From the sequence record SRR31147125_12107: a stretch of 36,012 bases of DNA; one strand, given 5' to 3'. The position numbers were made by a program, and so were the translations under genes. A model generated the notes under the pieces. That model saw nothing but the letters and a program-made list of their open reading frames with translations. It made no database searches and had not been told where the DNA came from. Positions 31,691-36,012 of this stretch are shown one piece after another; position 1 is the first letter of the stretch, and every line of letters begins with the position of its first letter.

Positions 31691-32987
31691 GACACCTCGT
31701 CGCTATTTTGTTTTTTTGCAATAGTCCCTTCATGGACGCCTCTTTATCAACGGCTAACACGTTAACTTTGATCCCACCACGGTAAAAATGAACACGGATA
31801 TGCTCATTTTCCGATAAATCAGTTACTTTTTGAATAATGTGCTTTCCCTCCTGATCCAAACACAAACAATAGCCCCTTTTAAGTATCGACTCCGGATTCA
31901 GGGAAGATATTTGCCGTTGCAGCTGTTCAAACTGATTTTTATCCGATTGCAAACGATGTTTTAGAAATAAGGAATAGAGTCGCCTTATTTCATCGATTCT
32001 TTGCCGATATTGCGATACCAAATCCATGGGTCTTTTAAATCCATAACCAGAGCGAATGTATTCCAGTTTTTCCCGGTTAGTTGATATCCATTGTAATATA
32101 GTAGAATAAATCCTGTTTTGCAGAAAAGAAATCTGTGCTAACACATCTTGCTTGTGTGGTACGACCAACTCAGCAGCGGCTGACGGTGTCGGAGCCCGGA
32201 GGTCTGCGACAAAATCACTGATGGTAAAATCAATTTCATGCCCGACTGCGGAAATAATAGGGATTTTGGACTGAAAAATCGCTCTCGCAACAGCCTCCTC
32301 ATTAAACGCCCATAAATCCTCCAAAGAACCACCACCCCTGCCAACGATTAACACGTCTACCTGACCGAATTCATTCATTTCATCAATAGCATTGGCTATA
32401 TCATTAGCAGCACCTTCACCCTGAACAAGTGCCGGCCTCAAAACGATTTGTATGGATGGAAATCGTCTTGTTAGCACATCGATCATATCTTCAACAGCTG
32501 CACCGGTTGGCGACGTGACCAGGCCTATTCGTTGAGGATATTCAGGTAAAGGCTTTTTAAACTGCTCATCAAAAAGGCCCTCATCGCGCAGATCTGCTTT
32601 GAGCTTTTCAAATGCTCGCTGTAATTCCCCTATCCCGGCCGGCACCATCTTTACAACATCAATTTGATAACTTCCACGTTTTTCATAAACGCGGATATTA
32701 CCAAAAACATGCACCTTCATACCGTTTTGAGGTGTAAAATAGAGAGATGAATTCCTGCTACGCCACATGACAGAGGAGAGTTGTGCATTTTCATCTTTTA
32801 ACGTGAAATACATGTGGCCGGAACTATGATGAACGAAATTGGAAATTTCCCCCTCCACCCAGATCGATGGAATGCTTGTTTCAAGAAGAATCTTGATTTC
32901 GTTTGTTAACTCAGCAACGGAATAAACCATATCCCTGCTGTTATATTCATCTGCAATAGTCATCAAGGTGTTATTATAATCACTCAT
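31671..32987 (-). CDS. xseA: Exodeoxyribonuclease VII large subunit
   Basis: GEISNF, SGHMYF, TSPTGAA, RGGGSLEDLWAFN, GHEID and PTPSAAAE. Confidence 0.96.
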   Translation of the reverse strand: MSDYNNTLMTIADEYNSRDMVYSVAELTNEIKILLETSIPSIWVEGEISNFVHHSSGHMYFTLKDENAQLSSVMWRSRNSSLYFTPQNGMKVHVFGNIRVYEKRGSYQIDVVKMVPAGIGELQRAFEKLKADLRDEGLFDEQFKKPLPEYPQRIGLVTSPTGAAVEDMIDVLTRRFPSIQIVLRPALVQGEGAANDIANAIDEMNEFGQVDVLIVGRGGGSLEDLWAFNEEAVARAIFQSKIPIISAVGHEIDFTISDFVADLRAPTPSAAAELVVPHKQDVLAQISFLQNRIYSTILQWISTNREKLEYIRSGYGFKRPMDLVSQYRQRIDEIRRLYSLFLKHRLQSDKNQFEQLQRQISSLNPESILKRGYCLCLDQEGKHIIQKVTDLSENEHIRVHFYRGGIKVNVLAVDKEASMKGLLQKNKIATRCHEGAKI

Positions 32988-33072
32988 CTATGGAAGGACA
33001 ACTGTGGGTGTTTGAAAAATCAAATAATCGAACTTTAGAGGGCCAAGAAAACAGTCTTAGCCCTGCAAAATC

Positions 33073-33167
33073 CTACTTGATCTTCTTTTTGTGTCTATTT
33101 TTACGCAATCTTTTTTTCGTTTATGCGTTGCGATCTTGTGTCTTTTTCTTTTTTTACCACTTGGCAC
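33073..33167 (-). CDS. Small ribosomal protein bS22 (AURKAIP1/COX24/mS38-like), with an apparent 1-nt deletion in an A7 run
   Basis: GGAGG then GTG 33167: MPSGKKRKRHKIATHKRKK. One added A at 33111-33117 continues RLRKNRHKKKIK to TAG 33073. Not in the ORF track. Confidence 0.85.
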
Positions 33168-33208
33168 TGGAAACACCTCCATTTAAATGTCTAATCGTTT
33201 TTTTTAAT

Positions 33209-33508
33209 TTATTCTAAAATATCTTCTTTTACTTCTTCGTTGACGTATTTTTTTAGATCTTTTGATGGTCGAAACACAGCCGCAAAATGTTCAGGTACTT
33301 CAATGGGCTCCTTGGAGATGGGATTTCGGGCAATCCGGGCTTTACGTTTAACCCTTTTAAAATTGCCAAAACCGCGCAGTTCAACTCGATCGCCATTCCT
33401 CAAAGCATAGCTGACTGTAGCAAAAAGGCCATCGATAACTGCCTGAGTTTCAACCTTTGTTAAACCGGTTCCTTCAGAAATAACATCTACAATATCTGCT
33501 TTTGTCAT
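33209..33508 (-). CDS. HU-family DNA-binding protein
   Basis: MTKADIV, VELRGFGNF, ARNP and FRPSKDLK; GGAGG precedes ATG 33508. Confidence 0.93.
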   Translation of the reverse strand: MTKADIVDVISEGTGLTKVETQAVIDGLFATVSYALRNGDRVELRGFGNFKRVKRKARIARNPISKEPIEVPEHFAAVFRPSKDLKKYVNEEVKEDILE

Positions 33509-33828
33509 GCTTACCTCCTGTTTCACATTGTGGAGGGCAAAGTTTGTCTCACTTTGACATATTAGAATGTAACGACATTGTGCACAAAAAATCTATCACG
33601 TGCCATAAACCGAATTTCTTTGATTATCCGGCTTAGGTTATGACACTTTACATAAGAATCGAATGCAGCATAATTTCATTCAATTCTTTCTTTACCTAAT
33701 TCCTTCATAACAAAGCAGCAGGAATTTTTCTTATTAATAACTGAAAGCAGACTCGTCTTATTTCAAATAAAGACAATAACTTCTTTCGGAAGATTGTTTT
33801 ATTAAGAACGAATTAGGCTTTAGAATAT

Positions 33829-33857
33829 ATTATAGTTAAATTTTGCTAAAAACGCAA
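33829..33857 (-). promoter_or_regulatory. Putative sigma70 promoter upstream of HU-bS22
   Basis: TTGCGT-17 nt-TATAAT. Confidence 0.6.
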
Positions 33858-33933
33858 GACAAAAATATTTTTAATAAAGGTTTAGCAACATAGAAACATT
33901 TACGTGCTCATTTATCGTAACGAAACAATCTTT

Positions 33934-35184
33934 TTAACCTACCTTTGCCAGGTCTTGATAAATTCCATAAAGTTTATTTGAAACCGACTCGATACTAAAT
34001 TCCCGGGCTTTTTTTCTGTTCGTTGCGGAAATGTGGTCGGACAACCCTTTTGTTTTTAGAATATGTAGAATATCTTTTGCCAGCAAAGTGACGTCTCCTG
34101 GTTCTATTAAAAAACCATTCTCTTTCTGAACAATAACATCCGGAATCCCACCTACTGTCGTGGAAACAACAGGCAGGCCGGCTGCCAAAGCTTCTAAAAT
34201 AGATATGGGCAAACCTTCAGCATAGGAGGGTAAAACAAAACACCAGGATTTTTGCAAAAGCGTTACCTTCTCCTCACCAGCTACCGGGCCGACAAAATGT
34301 GTACATTCAGACAATAACAACTCTATTGCTCTTTTTTTCGCCTGTTCTATTTCACCGGGACCGGCAATAATGGCTTTAAAATCACATCCTGATTTTTTGA
34401 TTATGGAAAGCGCCTGTAGCAGATCATAAACACCTTTTCTTTTGCCGATTTCGCCCATAAATAGAATCATCGGTATGTCAGATCGAGCTGCTTTTTTTCC
34501 ATTATAAAGTCTCGTATTAATGCCATTTTCCACGATCCGCACTTTGGATTTATCCAGCAAAGAATCGAAATATCTTTTCCAATAAGAAGATAGAACAATG
34601 ATTCTATCACATCTGCCCAGATAATATGTAATTATTTTTTTTACAAAGACATGACTCTGTTCAATAAAATCACGAAACTTTGCCCCATGAATATGACAAA
34701 TCACTTTTTTGCCGACAATTTTTGCCACACTTATATAAGCCATTTTTTCCCAAAAGGACGTATAAGAGGCCGTATGGATATGAACAATCTTGACATCTTT
34801 ATTCAACGCAAAAATATATTTAATAAAATAAGCTAAAGAGTAAGAATAACTCTTTATGGACACAAAAGGATTGCGCTTAAAGGATCCGGCATATCCGGTT
34901 TTTGCCTCAAAGTGACTATTCTTTTTCACCCCCGGCTTTGATATATTTAACAAAACGAGATGGCATCTGTCTGCCAGATCCGATAACATTAAATCGCCAA
35001 TAAAGGTTTCCATACCACCCACTTGTGGCGGAGCCGGCCCCACCATCAGAATGGCAGGTTTGATGAACGTGTGTGTATCAGCAAGTTTTCTTTTTTCCAA
35101 GACTGATCCTGTTATCACATCGTATTTTAATAGATGACATGTATAAAAATGAAATCCCATGCCATATAATGTAACATTTTTCAT
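33934..35184 (-). CDS. Glycosyltransferase family 4
   Basis: GPAPPQVGGM, HIHG, KRKGV and PSYAEGLPISILEALAAGLP. The true start is probably downstream of 35184 (for example TTG near 35100). Confidence 0.9.
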   Translation of the reverse strand: MKNVTLYGMGFHFYTCHLLKYDVITGSVLEKRKLADTHTFIKPAILMVGPAPPQVGGMETFIGDLMLSDLADRCHLVLLNISKPGVKKNSHFEAKTGYAGSFKRNPFVSIKSYSYSLAYFIKYIFALNKDVKIVHIHTASYTSFWEKMAYISVAKIVGKKVICHIHGAKFRDFIEQSHVFVKKIITYYLGRCDRIIVLSSYWKRYFDSLLDKSKVRIVENGINTRLYNGKKAARSDIPMILFMGEIGKRKGVYDLLQALSIIKKSGCDFKAIIAGPGEIEQAKKRAIELLLSECTHFVGPVAGEEKVTLLQKSWCFVLPSYAEGLPISILEALAAGLPVVSTTVGGIPDVIVQKENGFLIEPGDVTLLAKDILHILKTKGLSDHISATNRKKAREFSIESVSNKLYGIYQDLAKVG

Positions 35185-35838
35185 TACATAATACTAGGAA
35201 AAATAGTCACATCTGCGGATGGCAGAAGTATGAAGCAAACTTCTTTTTCCATAATAGCTTATTTCTATTTTTTTAACCTAATAGCAAAATAACGCCCCAC
35301 TCTTTTTAACCTATTACCTTATTTTCTAATTTCAACTAAAGCATGACAATATTCTCATATTCATTTTTGACGCCTGAACGTCCTGAATATGAATATTCAA
35401 ATTTTATAGTCAATTTTCAGGTCGAATAAGGTAACAAGGTTTGGGGAAAAGGTTGCGGTTCATGCTTTTAAATGGCTCTATTTTGATTAACTACAAATCG
35501 AATAAATTTTCTTAAATATATTCATTCAATTAATTTTTCAAAAGCCTAATGCCCTATCATAAGTGACCGGAATAGAAAAAGACTCTGTTCCGGCAGGGAA
35601 AATACTTAAATTTTTTTCAAAATCTCCCGGACCTATCGGCTGTTTCGGCCCACTAATGATCGGATTATGACATTGATAGATATTGTTCGCTCTACCCGAA
35701 CAACATATCAGATATTGTCATTTTTTCAAATTACTTGTTTATCGCAATTAATTTTCGAACGAGCTTTTCAGCTTCTTTCTCCCACTCTTTACAAATATCC
35801 GGATTCCGAACACGGATACTGACGTGTCCAAAGAGCCA

Positions 35839-36012
35839 CTATTTACTAAATCGACTCATCTCATTCAAGATAAAATTCGGATAGAGTACGTCGTGAACTT
35901 TTTCCACAACGATATCTTCCGGCAAATGAAAGGAAGCTTTAAGACGGATATCTTTTGATGAAGCGCCTATCCGTACTTGGTAATCGCCCTTGTCTGCCAC
36001 CCACGCATCTAT
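35839..36012 (-). CDS. C-terminal Fn3-like domain of a GH3 beta-glycosidase (5'-truncated by window edge)
   Basis: Manual translation: IDAWVADKGDYQVRIGASSKDIRLKASFHL...RFSK-stop. W...G.Y...GASS.DIRL is typical of GH3 C-termini. Confidence 0.75.
   Translation of the reverse strand: MDAWVADKGDYQVRIGASSKDIRLKASFHLPEDIVVEKVHDVLYPNFILNEMSRFSK

Noticed and set aside
322-34836. Plus-strand ORFs and short alternative-frame ORFs in the track
   Set aside because: Nearly all lie antisense to or inside well-supported minus-strand genes and show no recognisable motifs; they are treated as shadow ORFs.
35636-35662. Hammerhead ribozyme suggested by GGCCGAAAC on the minus strand
   Set aside because: The required CUGANGA core is not present nearby.
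35731-35841. In-frame extension of about 35 codons after the GH3 TAG (WLFGHVSIRVRNPD...), suggesting amber read-through
   Set aside because: The GH3 domain ends at a plausible position, other genes here use TAG as a normal stop, and there is no recoding machinery in the window; chance or a gene remnant is likelier.
1-36012. CRISPR arrays, tRNA/rRNA genes, IS elements or prophage
   Set aside because: By eye I found no regularly spaced direct repeats, cloverleaf signatures, or transposase, integrase or phage genes; no covariance search was run.

Overview
A 36-kb, AT-rich bacterial core-genome segment in which every convincing gene lies on the minus strand. The gene content (bamD, lnt, two PorV-like barrels, Bacteroidota-type bS22) suggests a diderm FCB-group organism; this is an inference. 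In transcription order (right to left): GH3 glycosidase C-terminus, GT4, HU, bS22, xseAB, dxs, NAD kinase, mutS, PorV-like protein, yicC, gmk, rpoZ, coaBC, an atypical family-4 UDG, dnaB, rel, HU/IHF, ruvX, lnt, PorV-like protein, a hypothetical protein, bamD, nadD, GT4, crp, prs, GHMP kinase, HAD phosphatase, DegT aminotransferase, queD, queC, queF, and then chorismate mutase, DAHP synthase and prephenate dehydrogenase. The best-supported new element is absent from the ORF track: a ribosome-dependent transcription attenuator in front of the aromatic operon, with a promoter, a 27-aa Phe+Tyr-rich leader peptide (MNEFFVKYFYYFNYYFFAVLSSGRNLQ), an antiterminator and an intrinsic terminator. Other candidates are a UDG with remodelled catalytic motifs, a sugar kinase/phosphatase/aminotransferase trio coupled to queDCF, and several structured intergenic regions. 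Eight genes are split at homopolymer runs, which points to long-read indel errors rather than pseudogenes. I saw no tRNA, rRNA, CRISPR array or transposase.
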